Part shown: in pieces, positions 24,655-34,578 of the stretch | Position numbering within the stretch: the stretch's first letter is position 1 | Layout: each line of letters starts with the position of its first letter | Source of the DNA: a virus | DNA length: 64,000 nucleotides | Direction: 5' to 3' (one strand) | UHGV virus genome: UHGV-1351068 | The notes under the pieces: model-generated | What the model was told of the DNA's origin: nothing | The model's database searches: none | The model's input: the letters and a program-made list of their open reading frames with translations, nothing else | Made by a program: the position numbers and the translations under genes

Positions 24655-26628
24655 ATGCCTTTAGTCTCTCCTGGAATTGAGCTCAAAGAAACGAGCGTAC
24701 AGAGCACGGTAGTACTTAACGCTACAGGTCGTGCCGCAATTGTCGGGAAGTTCCAATGGGGTCCTGCATATCAAGTTACTCAAATCACTAATGAAGTTGA
24801 ACTGGTTGATATGTTTGGCGGCCCTAATAACCAAACTGCTGATTACTTTATGTCAGCAATGAACTTTCTGCAATATGGTAATGATCTACGCACCGTCCGT
24901 GTAGTTAACCGTGAAGCTGCTAAAAACGCATCTCCATTGGTTGATAATATTGAATGGACTATCACTACTGCTGGTAGTAACTATGAAGTTGGTGATAAAA
25001 TTACGGTTAAATATGCAGACCAAACCGTAGATGACACCGGTTCAGTTACTGAAGTAGATAGTGACGGAAAAATTAAGTCGGTGTTCATTCCGACATCGAA
25101 GATTATTGCATATGCAAAAAGCATTAATCAATATCCTGATTTAGGGTCTTCGTGGACAACTACCATTACTTCACAGAGTTCTGGTGTTTCTGCTGTCATT
25201 ACTTTAGGTAAAATTATTTCTGAGTCTACAGTTCTACTGACTGAACATGAAACTGCCCATGAAGAAATGACAAAAACTGAATTCCAGACTGCGCTTGCGC
25301 AATATAAAATGCCTGGAATTGTAGCTGCGTATCCGGGCGAGCTCGGAAACCAACTGGAAATTGAAATTGTATCAAAAGCCGCTTTTGATAAAGGCGAACA
25401 ACTGACGATTTATCCGAGTGGTGGACAGCGTGCATCAACCGCAAAAGCCGTATTTGGATATGGTCCTCAGACCGATACTCAGTACGCTATCATTGTTCGT
25501 AGAGATGGTGCTGTAGTTGAATCAGCGGTGTTATCAACAAGCCGCCAAGATAAAGATATCTACGGAAACAACATCTTTATGGACGATTATTTCTCCAAGG
25601 GTTCTTCACGCTATGTATTTGCTACTGCGCAAGGATGGCCTGAAGGATTTTCCGGCGTTATTCGTCTGGGTGGTGGGGTTTCAGCTAATGAATCAGTTAC
25701 GGCTGGCGATTTAATTCAAGGCTGGGATTTATTTGGTGACCGTGAAGCATTGCGTGTAAACCTTCTGATTGCTGGTGCTTGTGCCGGTGAAACCGATGAA
25801 ATCGCAAGTACAGTACAAAAACACGTTTCGTCTATTGCAGATGAGCGTCAAGACTGCTTAGCACTCATTTCGCCTCCAAGGTCAACGATTGTAAATATTC
25901 CTCTGACTCGTGCTGTTGATAATTTAATCGACTGGCGCCAAGGCGATGGAACTTATGATTCTGCTAACATGAACATCAATACTACGTACGCAGCAATTGA
26001 TGGTAACTATAAATATCAGTATGATAAATATAACGACGTAAACCGTTGGGTTCCGTTAGCTGCTGATATTGCAGGCCTGTGTGCTCGTACTGATGATATT
26101 GCTCAGCCTTGGATGTCACCAGCTGGATATCGTCGTGGTCAGATTTTAAATTGCATCAAATTGGCAATTGAACCGCGTCAGGCACATCGTGACCGCATGT
26201 ACCAAGCAGGTATTAACCCAGTGACTGGTCAAGGTACAGGTGAAGGTTTCATTCTGTTCGGTGATAAGACTGCAACCACTGTTCCAACACCGTTTGACCG
26301 AATTAACGTTCGTCGCTTGTTTAACATGCTGAAGAACAACATCGGTGATTCTTCTAAGTGGCAGCTGTTTGAATTAAACGATAACTTTACCCGTAGTTCT
26401 TTCCGTATGGAAACCAGCCAATACCTCGCAGGTATTAAAGCTCTGGGTGGTGTATATGACTTCCGAGTTGTATGTGATACCACGAATAACACTCCAGCAG
26501 TTATCGACCGCAACGAGTTTGTAGCGAGCTTCTACATCAAGCCGGCACGTTCAATTAACTATATCACTCTGAACTTCGTTGCTACGGCAACTGGTGCAGA
26601 TTTCGATGAGTTAATCGGACCACAGTAA
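24655..26628 (+). CDS. 18: tail sheath protein gp18
   Basis: 657 aa (T4 gp18 is 659 aa). Confidence 0.95.
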   Translation: MPLVSPGIELKETSVQSTVVLNATGRAAIVGKFQWGPAYQVTQITNEVELVDMFGGPNNQTADYFMSAMNFLQYGNDLRTVRVVNREAAKNASPLVDNIEWTITTAGSNYEVGDKITVKYADQTVDDTGSVTEVDSDGKIKSVFIPTSKIIAYAKSINQYPDLGSSWTTTITSQSSGVSAVITLGKIISESTVLLTEHETAHEEMTKTEFQTALAQYKMPGIVAAYPGELGNQLEIEIVSKAAFDKGEQLTIYPSGGQRASTAKAVFGYGPQTDTQYAIIVRRDGAVVESAVLSTSRQDKDIYGNNIFMDDYFSKGSSRYVFATAQGWPEGFSGVIRLGGGVSANESVTAGDLIQGWDLFGDREALRVNLLIAGACAGETDEIASTVQKHVSSIADERQDCLALISPPRSTIVNIPLTRAVDNLIDWRQGDGTYDSANMNINTTYAAIDGNYKYQYDKYNDVNRWVPLAADIAGLCARTDDIAQPWMSPAGYRRGQILNCIKLAIEPRQAHRDRMYQAGINPVTGQGTGEGFILFGDKTATTVPTPFDRINVRRLFNMLKNNIGDSSKWQLFELNDNFTRSSFRMETSQYLAGIKALGGVYDFRVVCDTTNNTPAVIDRNEFVASFYIKPARSINYITLNFVATATGADFDELIGPQ

Positions 26629-26634
26629 TATGAA

Positions 26635-26652
26635 CCCCAGGACATTCTGGGG
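26635..26652 (+). terminator. hairpin or attenuator after gene 18
   Basis: CCCCAG-gacatt-CTGGGG. The U-tract after it is weak. Confidence 0.4.
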
Positions 26653-26696
26653 TCATCTAATCTTTAGATGATAAATTATATTACCGCACACTTTAA

Positions 26697-26739
26697 TAGC
26701 CTCTACGATGATGTAGTCAATCGAGAGGCTATATAAATA
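26697..26739 (+). promoter_or_regulatory. late promoter for gene 19 preceded by an 8-bp inverted repeat
   Basis: TAGCCTCT...AGAGGCTA (19-nt loop) abuts TATAAATA at 26732-26739. ATG at 26756. Confidence 0.6.
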
Positions 26740-26755
26740 TCTATAGGAAACAACG

Positions 26756-27247
26756 ATGGAATTAACAGACATCACTCGTGCGTTTGAATCTGGTGACTTT
26801 GCGCGTCCTAACCTGTTTGAGGTAGAAATTCCTTATCTGGGTCGTAACTTCAGTTTCAAATGTAAAGCAGCACCGATGCCGGCAGGTATCGTAGAAAAAG
26901 TTCCAGTCGGGTACATGAACCGTAAGATTAACGTCGCTGGTGACCGTACTTATGACGACTGGACTGTTACCATCTATAACGATGATAAACACGAAGTACG
27001 TAAGGCAATTATTGCTTGGCAGGCTCAGGCCCACGCTCAAGGCAATGATATCTCTGGTATGACTCCAGCCGATTACAAAAAGGTTGCTACGGTACGCCAG
27101 TTTAGTCGTGATGGCAAAACTATCACAAATGAACACACCATTACTGGTCTGTGGCCAACTAACGTTGGTGAAGTACAGATGGACTGGGACAGTAATAATG
27201 AGGTAGAAACGTTCGAAACTACCTTTGCCATCGACTGGTGGGAATAA
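26756..27247 (+). CDS. 19: tail tube protein gp19
   Basis: 163 aa, the same length as T4 gp19. Confidence 0.95.
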   Translation: MELTDITRAFESGDFARPNLFEVEIPYLGRNFSFKCKAAPMPAGIVEKVPVGYMNRKINVAGDRTYDDWTVTIYNDDKHEVRKAIIAWQAQAHAQGNDISGMTPADYKKVATVRQFSRDGKTITNEHTITGLWPTNVGEVQMDWDSNNEVETFETTFAIDWWE

Positions 27248-27253
27248 TGCTAT

Positions 27254-27267
27254 GGGGCTTCGGCCCC
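27254..27267 (+). terminator. UUCG-tetraloop hairpin after gene 19
   Basis: GGGGC-TTCG-GCCCC. The downstream U-tract is poor, so termination is probably partial. Confidence 0.45.
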
Positions 27268-27269
27268 GT

Positions 27270-27324
27270 ATCGAAGTTCTGTGAGTTATTTGCTTAAATA
27301 TCTGACAAAACTTCGATATAAATA
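27270..27324 (+). promoter_or_regulatory. late promoter for gene 20 preceded by a 9-bp inverted repeat
   Basis: ATCGAAGTT...AACTTCGAT. The 3' arm runs directly into TATAAATA at 27317-27324. ATG at 27352. Confidence 0.6.
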
Positions 27325-27351
27325 TACTTATAGATAATTTCGGAGACTCCA

Positions 27352-28920
27352 ATGGCCTTTCATATTTTGGACTTATTCGCTCCGTGGGAAAAACGCGACG
27401 AAGCTGAATATAAGCAACAAATCAACAATGACCTAGAGTCAATCACTGCTCCAAAATTTGATGATGGAGCTCGTGAAGTTGAATCAAACGAAAACGAAAT
27501 CCAGTACAATTCATTCAACCAAATGATGTTTGGTTCCAATGAACCTGGAATGAAAACAACTGCTGATTTAATCAACACTTATCGTAGTTTAATGAATAAC
27601 TACGAAGTTGACAATGCTGTTGAAGAAATAGTTTCTGACGCAGTTGTATACGAAGACGGTCATCCAGTAGTTTCTCTTGATTTAGATTCTACCGACTTCA
27701 GCCAAGCAATTAAAGACCGCATTCTTGAAGAATTTAATACAGTTTTAACATGCCTTAATTTCGAGAGAAAGGGCGCTGACCATTTCCGCCGTTGGTATGT
27801 TGACTCAAGAATATTCTTCCATAAAATCGTCAACACCAAGAAAATGAAAGACGGAATTCAGGAACTGAGACGTCTTGACCCGCGCAACTTACAATTCATC
27901 CGTGAAATCGTTACCGCTGATGACGCTGGTACTAAAATCGTTAAGGGGTACAAAGAGTATTTCATTTACGATACCGGCAAAGAAAGTTATTATGCAGATG
28001 GCAGATTATATTCCGCCGGAACGAAAATTAAAATTCCACGCGATGCTATCGTATATGCACATTCTGGGCTAGTTGATTGTTCAGGTCAAAACATCATCGG
28101 TTATTTACACCGAGCCGTTAAACCCGCCAACCAGTTAAAGCTATTAGAAGATGCGTTGGTAATTTATCGTATTACTCGTGCTCCTGACCGTCGTGTGTTT
28201 TACATTGACACTGGTAATATGCCTTCTCGTAAAGCGGCAGCTCATATGCAACATATTATGAACACGATGAAAAATCGCGTTGTATATGATGCATCAACCG
28301 GTAAGATTAAAAATCAGCAACATAATATGTCAATGACAGAAGACTATTGGTTGCAGCGTAGAGATGGTAAAGCAGTTACTGAAGTAGATACTCTTCCTGG
28401 TATGTCAGGTATGAGTGATATGGATGACGTCCGTTACTTTAGAACAGCGTTATACATGGCATTGCGAGTTCCTCTTTCGCGCATGCCAGATGCAAATAAT
28501 CAAGGTGGTGTGCAGTTTGATGCTGGCACAGCAATTACTCGCGATGAGCTTGATTTTGCTAAATTTATTCGTAGATTACAGCATAAATTCGAAGAGATTA
28601 TGCTTGATCCACTTCGCACTAATCTAATTCTTAAAAAAGTTTTGTCTAAAGATGAGTGGGAAGACGAAATAAATAATATTAAGATTGTGTTCCATAAAGA
28701 TTCATATTTCACCGAGTTGAAAGATGCTGAAGTTATGGAGCGTAGAATCAATATGCTCACAATGGCTGAACCGTTTATCGGCAAGTATATTTCTCATAAG
28801 ACAGCAATGAAAGATTTCCTTCAGATGTCAGATGAAGAAATTGAACAAGAAGCCAAGCAAATTGAATTAGAGTCTAAAGAGGCTCGCTTCCAAGACCAAG
28901 AAAATGAAGAGGATTTCTAA
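27352..28920 (+). CDS. 20: portal protein gp20
   Basis: 522 aa (T4 gp20 is 524 aa). Confidence 0.95.
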   Translation: MAFHILDLFAPWEKRDEAEYKQQINNDLESITAPKFDDGAREVESNENEIQYNSFNQMMFGSNEPGMKTTADLINTYRSLMNNYEVDNAVEEIVSDAVVYEDGHPVVSLDLDSTDFSQAIKDRILEEFNTVLTCLNFERKGADHFRRWYVDSRIFFHKIVNTKKMKDGIQELRRLDPRNLQFIREIVTADDAGTKIVKGYKEYFIYDTGKESYYADGRLYSAGTKIKIPRDAIVYAHSGLVDCSGQNIIGYLHRAVKPANQLKLLEDALVIYRITRAPDRRVFYIDTGNMPSRKAAAHMQHIMNTMKNRVVYDASTGKIKNQQHNMSMTEDYWLQRRDGKAVTEVDTLPGMSGMSDMDDVRYFRTALYMALRVPLSRMPDANNQGGVQFDAGTAITRDELDFAKFIRRLQHKFEEIMLDPLRTNLILKKVLSKDEWEDEINNIKIVFHKDSYFTELKDAEVMERRINMLTMAEPFIGKYISHKTAMKDFLQMSDEEIEQEAKQIELESKEARFQDQENEEDF

Positions 28921-29138
28921 TGGAAAATTATATTTCCGCAATTGAATCCAGAGACCTCGTAGCAGCCAAAAAAGCTTTTGGTGCAATTATGGCTGAACGG
29001 ACATCTGGTTTAATTGAAGAGCGCAAAAAATTTATCGCAGCGTCTGTCATGATTGAGGGTGAAGAGCCCGATGAAGACGAAGATGAAGACGACGAAGATA
29101 AGTCTGATAAAGACGAAGACGACGAAGAGGACGAGTAA
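28920..29138 (+). CDS. 67: prohead core protein gp67
   Basis: 72 aa with an acidic D/E-rich C-terminus. Position after gene 20. Confidence 0.7.
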   Translation: MENYISAIESRDLVAAKKAFGAIMAERTSGLIEERKKFIAASVMIEGEEPDEDEDEDDEDKSDKDEDDEEDE

Positions 29139-29563
29139 TGCTTATACTGCCTGAAAATCATGAATTAGTTATCGACAATGTCGAAGCTCTTCTTCCTGAA
29201 GCCCAGGCACGTTTTGATAAGTTGTCCGCAGCGCTCTCTAAAGATGATATAAATAAAATTGTAGAGAATCTTGTTGTTTCTGAGCCTGATTTAGCAGTTG
29301 CTTTAGGTTCAATCAATGAAGCTCTCCAATTGAATGAATTCATCGTTAAACATGTTGATTCTAAAGGTACTATTACACGTACTAAGGATCGTAAAACACG
29401 TGAGCGTAACGCGTTCCAAACAACTGGACTTTCTAAAGCTAAACGCCGTCAAATCGCGCGTAAAGCAGTAAAATCAAAACGTGCTAATCCATCGGCTCAA
29501 ACTCGTGGATTACGTAAACGTAAGAAAGCACTTAAACGCCGTCAGGCTCTGGGGCTAAGTTAA
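29138..29563 (+). CDS. 68: prohead core protein gp68
   Basis: 141 aa, the same length as T4 gp68. Basic C-terminus. Confidence 0.75.
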   Translation: MLILPENHELVIDNVEALLPEAQARFDKLSAALSKDDINKIVENLVVSEPDLAVALGSINEALQLNEFIVKHVDSKGTITRTKDRKTRERNAFQTTGLSKAKRRQIARKAVKSKRANPSAQTRGLRKRKKALKRRQALGLS

Positions 29564-30213
29564 TGGAAAACCTCAATGAACAACTTTTAATTGAGCATTG
29601 GGGTCAACCGGGCGATGTAATTGATGGTAAACCCATGCTAGAATCTATTATCGTTGAAGGCGAAAATGAATCTGGCTTAAAACCTGGTCTGTATATTGAA
29701 GGTGTTTTTATGCAGGCAGAAGTAGTAAACCGTAATAAACGTCTTTATCCAAAACGCATTCTTGAGACTGCGGTAAGCCGTTATATTAAAGAACAGGTTG
29801 CTACTCGTCAGGCTCTAGGAGAATTAAACCATCCACCTCGCGCAAATGTTGACCCGATGCAAGCCGCAATCATTATCGAAGATATGTGGTGGAAAGGCAA
29901 CGATGTTTATGGGCGTGCAAGAATCATCGAAGGAGACCACGGTCCAGGTGATAAATTAGCCGCTAACATCCGTGCTGGTTGGATTCCTGGTGTATCAAGC
30001 CGCGGGCTCGGTTCTTTAAAAGACTCAGGAAAAGGATATAACATCGTACAAGAAGGCTTTCGCCTGACTGTTGGTGTAGACGCAGTTTGGGGTCCTAGTG
30101 CTCCGGATGCATGGGTACAACCGAAACAAATTTCGGAAAATACCTCGGCACAAGTTGCCAATAGTGCTGATGATGCTTTTATGGCTCTCGCAGAGAAGTT
30201 AAAAGCGTTATAA
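29563..30213 (+). CDS. 21: prohead protease gp21
   Basis: 216 aa (T4 gp21 is 212 aa). Synteny. Confidence 0.9.
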   Translation: MENLNEQLLIEHWGQPGDVIDGKPMLESIIVEGENESGLKPGLYIEGVFMQAEVVNRNKRLYPKRILETAVSRYIKEQVATRQALGELNHPPRANVDPMQAAIIIEDMWWKGNDVYGRARIIEGDHGPGDKLAANIRAGWIPGVSSRGLGSLKDSGKGYNIVQEGFRLTVGVDAVWGPSAPDAWVQPKQISENTSAQVANSADDAFMALAEKLKAL

Positions 30214-30216
30214 ATA
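30209..30216 (+). promoter_or_regulatory. late promoter for genes 22-23
   Basis: TATAAATA overlaps the gene 21 stop. ATG at 30246. Confidence 0.6.
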
Positions 30217-30245
30217 ATTATGTAACTTAACACAGGACATCAAAA

Positions 30246-31058
30246 ATGCTTAAAGAACTTTTAATGACCGAAGCTAAAACTATCGATGCTTCCGTCGCTC
30301 TTGACAGTATTTTCGAATCAGTTCAGCTTTCTCCGGAAGCTAAAGCTAACTTCAGCACTGTATTCGAAGCAACAGTCAAAAAACACGCCGTAGCTCTGGC
30401 AGAATCTCACATTGAAAAGATTGCTGAGAAAGCAGAAGAAAAAGTTGAAGAAGAAAAAGAAAAAGCTAAAGAAGAAGCTCGCGAAGAGCTGAAAGAAGCT
30501 GCTTCTAAATACTTTGACCATATCGCTGCAGAATGGATGGCAGAAAACCAGCTGGCGGTTGACCGCGGTATTAAAGCTGACCTGTTTGAATCCATGTTTG
30601 TCGGTATGAAAGAGCTGTTTGTTGAGCACAACGTTGTAATTCCTGAAGAATCAGTAGACGTAGTAGCTGAGATGGAAGAAGAACTTGCTGAGCAAAAAGC
30701 AGAAACTGCTCGTTTATTTGAAGAAGTTTCTAAGCGCGATGAGTATATCAATTATGCCCAACGTGAGTATGCTATCCAAGAAGCAACCCGTGAACTGACT
30801 GATACTCAAAAAGAGAAAGTAGTTTCTCTGACAGAGGGTATGGATTATTCTGACTCGTTTTCAACTAAGCTTAAAGCTATTGTTGAAATGGTGCAGGGTT
30901 CTGTAGAGCAGTCTGTAACGGAATCTGCCGATATAAATACTATCGACAAAGAAGCAGACGGTTTAAACTTCACAACTGAAGCAGTCGAAGAAACTCCTGC
31001 GACTAAAACCCCATCCGTTATGGATGCTTATGTAGCCCAAGCGGCTCGTCTTTCTTAA
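30246..31058 (+). CDS. 22: prohead scaffold protein gp22
   Basis: 270 aa (T4 gp22 is 269 aa). E/K-rich coiled coil. Confidence 0.85.
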   Translation: MLKELLMTEAKTIDASVALDSIFESVQLSPEAKANFSTVFEATVKKHAVALAESHIEKIAEKAEEKVEEEKEKAKEEAREELKEAASKYFDHIAAEWMAENQLAVDRGIKADLFESMFVGMKELFVEHNVVIPEESVDVVAEMEEELAEQKAETARLFEEVSKRDEYINYAQREYAIQEATRELTDTQKEKVVSLTEGMDYSDSFSTKLKAIVEMVQGSVEQSVTESADINTIDKEADGLNFTTEAVEETPATKTPSVMDAYVAQAARLS

Positions 31059-31078
31059 TTTAAAAGGTTATACAACAC

Positions 31079-32638
31079 ATGAAAAAGAATAAACTTATCG
31101 AAAAATGGCAGCCGCTGCTTGAGAACGAAGCTCTGCCGGAAATTGTTGGCGCTAGCAAAAAAGCTCTGATCGCTAAGATTTTTGAAAACCAGGAAGCTGA
31201 TATTAATCAGGCTCCGGAATATCGCGATGAAAAAATCGCTGAAGCATTTGGTTCTTTCCTGTCTGAAGCAGAAATTGGCGGTGACCACGGTTATGATGCA
31301 CAGAACATCGCAGCTGGTCAAACCTCTGGTGCTGTAACCCAGATTGGCCCGGCAGTTATGGGTATGGTTCGTCGTGCTATCCCTAACCTGATTGCTTTCG
31401 ATATCTGTGGTGTACAGCCGATGTCTAACCCAACCGGTCAGGTATTCGCTCTCCGCGCTGTTTACGGCAAAGACCCTCTGGCTGCTGGTGCTAAAGAAGC
31501 TTTCCATCCGATGTACGCTCCGGATGCAATGTTCTCTGGTCAGGGTGCAACCGAGAAGTTTGAAGCAGTTAAAGCTGGTGCTTCTCTGGATGTTGGTGAT
31601 ATCGTAGTTCATGATTTCGCACAGACTGGTCGTGCTCACCTGCAGGTTGTAACAGCCTTTACAGTTGATGCTGCTGCTACTGATGCTGCTAAACTGGATG
31701 CTGAAGTCACTAAGCGTCTGGAAGCTGGCGAAGTAGTTGAAATCGCCGAAGGTATGGCTACTTCCGTTGCTGAACTGCAAGAAGCATTTAACGGTTCTAA
31801 AGATAACCCGTGGAATGAAATGGGCTTCCGTATCGATAAACAAACTATCGAAGCGAAATCTCGTCAGCTGAAAGCACAGTATTCCATCGAGCTGGCTCAG
31901 GACCTCCGTGCTGTTCACGGTATGGACGCTGATGCTGAACTGAGTTCAATCCTGGCTACCGAAATTATGCTGGAAATCAACCGTGAAGTTGTTGATTGGA
32001 TTAACTACTCCGCTCAGGTTGGTAAATCTGGTATGACCCAGACTGTTGGTTCTAAAGCCGGTGTATTCGACTTCCAAGACCCGATTGATATCCGCGGTGC
32101 TCGTTGGGCAGGTGAAAGCTTTAAAGCTCTGCTGTTCCAGATTGACAAAGAATCCGCTGAAATCGCTCGTCAGACCGGTCGCGGTGAAGGTAACTTCATT
32201 ATCGCTTCCCGTAACGTAGTTAACGTACTGGCAGCTGTTGATACCAACGTATCTCCGGCAGCTCAGGGTCTGGGTCGTGGTTATAATACCGACACCACTA
32301 AAGCAGTATTTGCTGGTGTTCTGGGTGGTCGCTACCGTGTATACATCGACCAGTATGCTCGTCAGGATTACTTCACTATCGGTTATAAAGGTGCTAACGA
32401 AATGGATGCTGGTATCTACTATGCTCCGTATGTTGCACTGACCCCGCTGCGTGGTTCCGATCCGAAGAACTTCCAACCGGTCATGGGGTTCAAAACCCGT
32501 TACGGTATCGGTATTAACCCGTTCGCCGATTCTGCTGCTCAACAGCCGAAAGGTCGTATTACCTCTGGTATGCCTTCTATCGTCAACTCTGTTGGTAAGA
32601 ATGCTTACTTCCGTCGTGTATGGGTTAAAGGTATCTAA
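31079..32638 (+). CDS. 23: major capsid protein gp23
   Basis: 519 aa. Near-identical long stretches to T4 gp23: EIGGDHGY, AAGQTSGAVTQIGPAVMGMVRRAIPNLIAFDICGVQPM. Codon usage biased toward GC3. Confidence 0.97.
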   Translation: MKKNKLIEKWQPLLENEALPEIVGASKKALIAKIFENQEADINQAPEYRDEKIAEAFGSFLSEAEIGGDHGYDAQNIAAGQTSGAVTQIGPAVMGMVRRAIPNLIAFDICGVQPMSNPTGQVFALRAVYGKDPLAAGAKEAFHPMYAPDAMFSGQGATEKFEAVKAGASLDVGDIVVHDFAQTGRAHLQVVTAFTVDAAATDAAKLDAEVTKRLEAGEVVEIAEGMATSVAELQEAFNGSKDNPWNEMGFRIDKQTIEAKSRQLKAQYSIELAQDLRAVHGMDADAELSSILATEIMLEINREVVDWINYSAQVGKSGMTQTVGSKAGVFDFQDPIDIRGARWAGESFKALLFQIDKESAEIARQTGRGEGNFIIASRNVVNVLAAVDTNVSPAAQGLGRGYNTDTTKAVFAGVLGGRYRVYIDQYARQDYFTIGYKGANEMDAGIYYAPYVALTPLRGSDPKNFQPVMGFKTRYGIGINPFADSAAQQPKGRITSGMPSIVNSVGKNAYFRRVWVKGI

Positions 32639-32647
32639 TACCAATAA

Positions 32648-32668
32648 GGGAGCCTTCGGGCTCCCTTT
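32648..32668 (+). terminator. rho-independent terminator after gene 23
   Basis: GGGAGC-CTTCGG-GCTCCC followed by TTTAGTTGTTTT. Confidence 0.7.
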
Positions 32669-32683
32669 AGTTGTTTTAATGGA

Positions 32684-32691
32684 TATAAATA
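32684..32691 (+). promoter_or_regulatory. late promoter for gene 24
   Basis: TATAAATA. SD GAGGAAAG follows, then the ATG at 32720. Confidence 0.65.
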
Positions 32692-32719
32692 AACTTATAA
32701 ATCCACAGAGGAAAGCGCA

Positions 32720-34000
32720 ATGGCTAAAATCAACGAACTTCTGCGCGAGTCAACTACAACGAGTAGCAACTTAATTGGTCGCCCTAATCTCGTTGCATTA
32801 ACGCGCGCAACTACTAAATTAATCTATACCGATCTTGTTGCTACACAGCGTACTAAACAGCCTGTAGCAGCGCTATATGGTATCAAATATCTTAACCCTA
32901 ATGGTGACCTGACGTTTAATACGGGTGCAACTTATGCAGGTCAAATCGGGGCGCCAGAACGTGAGTCAATTGAAGAACTCACTATGGCAAATAAAGACTC
33001 ATTCAATAAAGACGATATGTTCAAATATCAGAATGTGGTCTTTAAAGTACTTAAAGATAGCCCGTTTACCGATACAGCAGAAACCGATGAATTTGGAATT
33101 GTGTCTGAAGCAGTAGCAGCTAATAATATTCGTATGTTGTCAGATGCTGCAGTCACTGAAAAATTTGAAGGACCCGATTCAGACCCAATCACCGAAGCCA
33201 GTTTTAAAATTGATAAATGGCAGACCCAGGTTAAATCACGTAAGCTTAAAACAGATTTAACGGTAGAATTAGCTCAAGATTTAGAAGCTAATGGGTTCGA
33301 TGCTCCAGAACTTATTGATGATTTACTTGCTACTGAAATGGCAGAAGACATTAATAAAGACATCTTGCAATCATTGATTACGGTTTCTTCTCGGTTTAAA
33401 GTAGCTGGTGTATCCGATAAGGGTGTATTAGATTTAACTAAACAAGATTCTGCTCCGGAACAAGGTCGTACTCTGTATCGTTTCATTTGTGAAATGAATT
33501 CAGCAGTTCAACGTAATACTTCTTATTCTGGTACTTATGCAGTAGCATCTACTCGTTGTGCTGCGGTGCTTGCAGCTTCCGGTTGGTTAACACAGAAGAA
33601 TGATGGAAGTATTCCGGAAAACGCATACGGTATGCTGAATAACGGTTTACCTCTTTATTGTGATACTAACAGTCCGGTTGATTACGTTATTGTTGGTGTT
33701 AAGGCAGAATTTGGTGGGAAGGAAACTGTAGGTTCTTTATTTTATGCGCCATATACCGAAGGCTTGGATTTAGACGACCCTGAGCATGTTGGTGCATTTA
33801 AAGTTATTGTTGACCCAGCTAGCTTGCAGCCTTCTGTTGCTTTACTGGTACGATATGCATTGTCAGTTAACCCATATACTGTAGGATTGGACGAGGACGA
33901 AGCTCGTGTGATTAATGCTGCGGATATGGATAAGATGGCAGGAAGAAGTAAGATGTCTGTACTGCTCGGTGTTAAGTTACCTAAGCTTATTGCGGACTAA
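32720..34000 (+). CDS. 24: capsid vertex protein gp24
   Basis: 426 aa (T4 gp24 is 427 aa). A gp23 paralogue, sharing ...ELAQDL... and ...YAPY... motifs with gp23. Confidence 0.9.
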   Translation: MAKINELLRESTTTSSNLIGRPNLVALTRATTKLIYTDLVATQRTKQPVAALYGIKYLNPNGDLTFNTGATYAGQIGAPERESIEELTMANKDSFNKDDMFKYQNVVFKVLKDSPFTDTAETDEFGIVSEAVAANNIRMLSDAAVTEKFEGPDSDPITEASFKIDKWQTQVKSRKLKTDLTVELAQDLEANGFDAPELIDDLLATEMAEDINKDILQSLITVSSRFKVAGVSDKGVLDLTKQDSAPEQGRTLYRFICEMNSAVQRNTSYSGTYAVASTRCAAVLAASGWLTQKNDGSIPENAYGMLNNGLPLYCDTNSPVDYVIVGVKAEFGGKETVGSLFYAPYTEGLDLDDPEHVGAFKVIVDPASLQPSVALLVRYALSVNPYTVGLDEDEARVINAADMDKMAGRSKMSVLLGVKLPKLIAD

Positions 34001-34006
34001 TTTATG

Positions 34007-34029
34007 GGGAGCTTCGGCTCCCCTTTTTG
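34007..34029. terminator. bidirectional UUCG hairpin terminator between gene 24 and the convergent minus-strand operon
   Basis: GGGGAGC-TTCG-GCTCCCC followed by TTTTTG on the plus strand. Confidence 0.7.
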
Positions 34030-34578
34030 TTATAAACTAAATATGTCAAACCTCGGGGAGTATTCCTCCTCGAGGGATTTAAACACATTCTTATCATAGA
34101 GGTTGACGCATTCTATTCCATGTCTACGGGCTATATCAACAGCTACTCTCGTCCCTCCAGATACACTCCCACATCTTTTTTCAGGCGCCCAATATAATAC
34201 CTTATCTACAGGCTCAGTGCATTCTAGGCCCAATACCTGCATAGAATTCCGTGCAAATAGTGTCTGTACTATCTTCGAGCATTCATCCCAGTACGACGTA
34301 ACTTCTCTCGCCTTAATGATGCTTTTGATTTTGGCTTCGTTTGATAATTCAGACCATACAACAACACCTGTATCAGGAACATGGCCACAAAAGCCAGAAT
34401 AAGGAATAATCCTACAAGAATTTGACCTATCGTATTTCGCCAACCACGCTTCATCTGAACCCGGAGCTCCACCTGAATATGAAAAATGCCCCTCTTCCGA
34501 GAGGCGTTGACCGATTATAGTCATTAGACTCAGAACTCTGCGTGGCGCTTCTCTTGAACCAATCAGCGCCAGCCTCAT
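34030..34578 (-). CDS. DprA/Smf-like Rossmann-fold (SLOG-type) domain protein
   Basis: 182 aa. Motifs LALIGSR, SGGAPGSDEAW, LFARNSMQV and SGGTRVAVDIARRHG match the DprA nucleotide-binding core. TAATG coupling to the rnlB stop. Confidence 0.55.
   Translation of the reverse strand: MRLALIGSREAPRRVLSLMTIIGQRLSEEGHFSYSGGAPGSDEAWLAKYDRSNSCRIIPYSGFCGHVPDTGVVVWSELSNEAKIKSIIKAREVTSYWDECSKIVQTLFARNSMQVLGLECTEPVDKVLYWAPEKRCGSVSGGTRVAVDIARRHGIECVNLYDKNVFKSLEEEYSPRFDIFSL

Noticed and set aside
28928-29161. Serine-run ORF antisense to gp67
   Set aside because: It is the complement of the (GAAGAC)n acidic-tail repeat of gp67. It is compositional rather than coding.
30318-30751. Two long antisense ORFs (103 and 114 aa) inside the scaffold gene 22
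   Set aside because: They lie on the strand opposite a confidently identified gene whose E/K-rich repetitive codons (GAA/AAA/GCT) generate stop-free complements. They have no SD and no homology expectation.
31055-32644. Very long antisense ORFs (287 and 232 aa) covering the major capsid gene 23
   Set aside because: An artefact of the strong GC3 codon bias of gp23. The sense strand is near-identical to T4 gp23. The antisense translation is low-complexity and Ser/Thr/Asn-rich.
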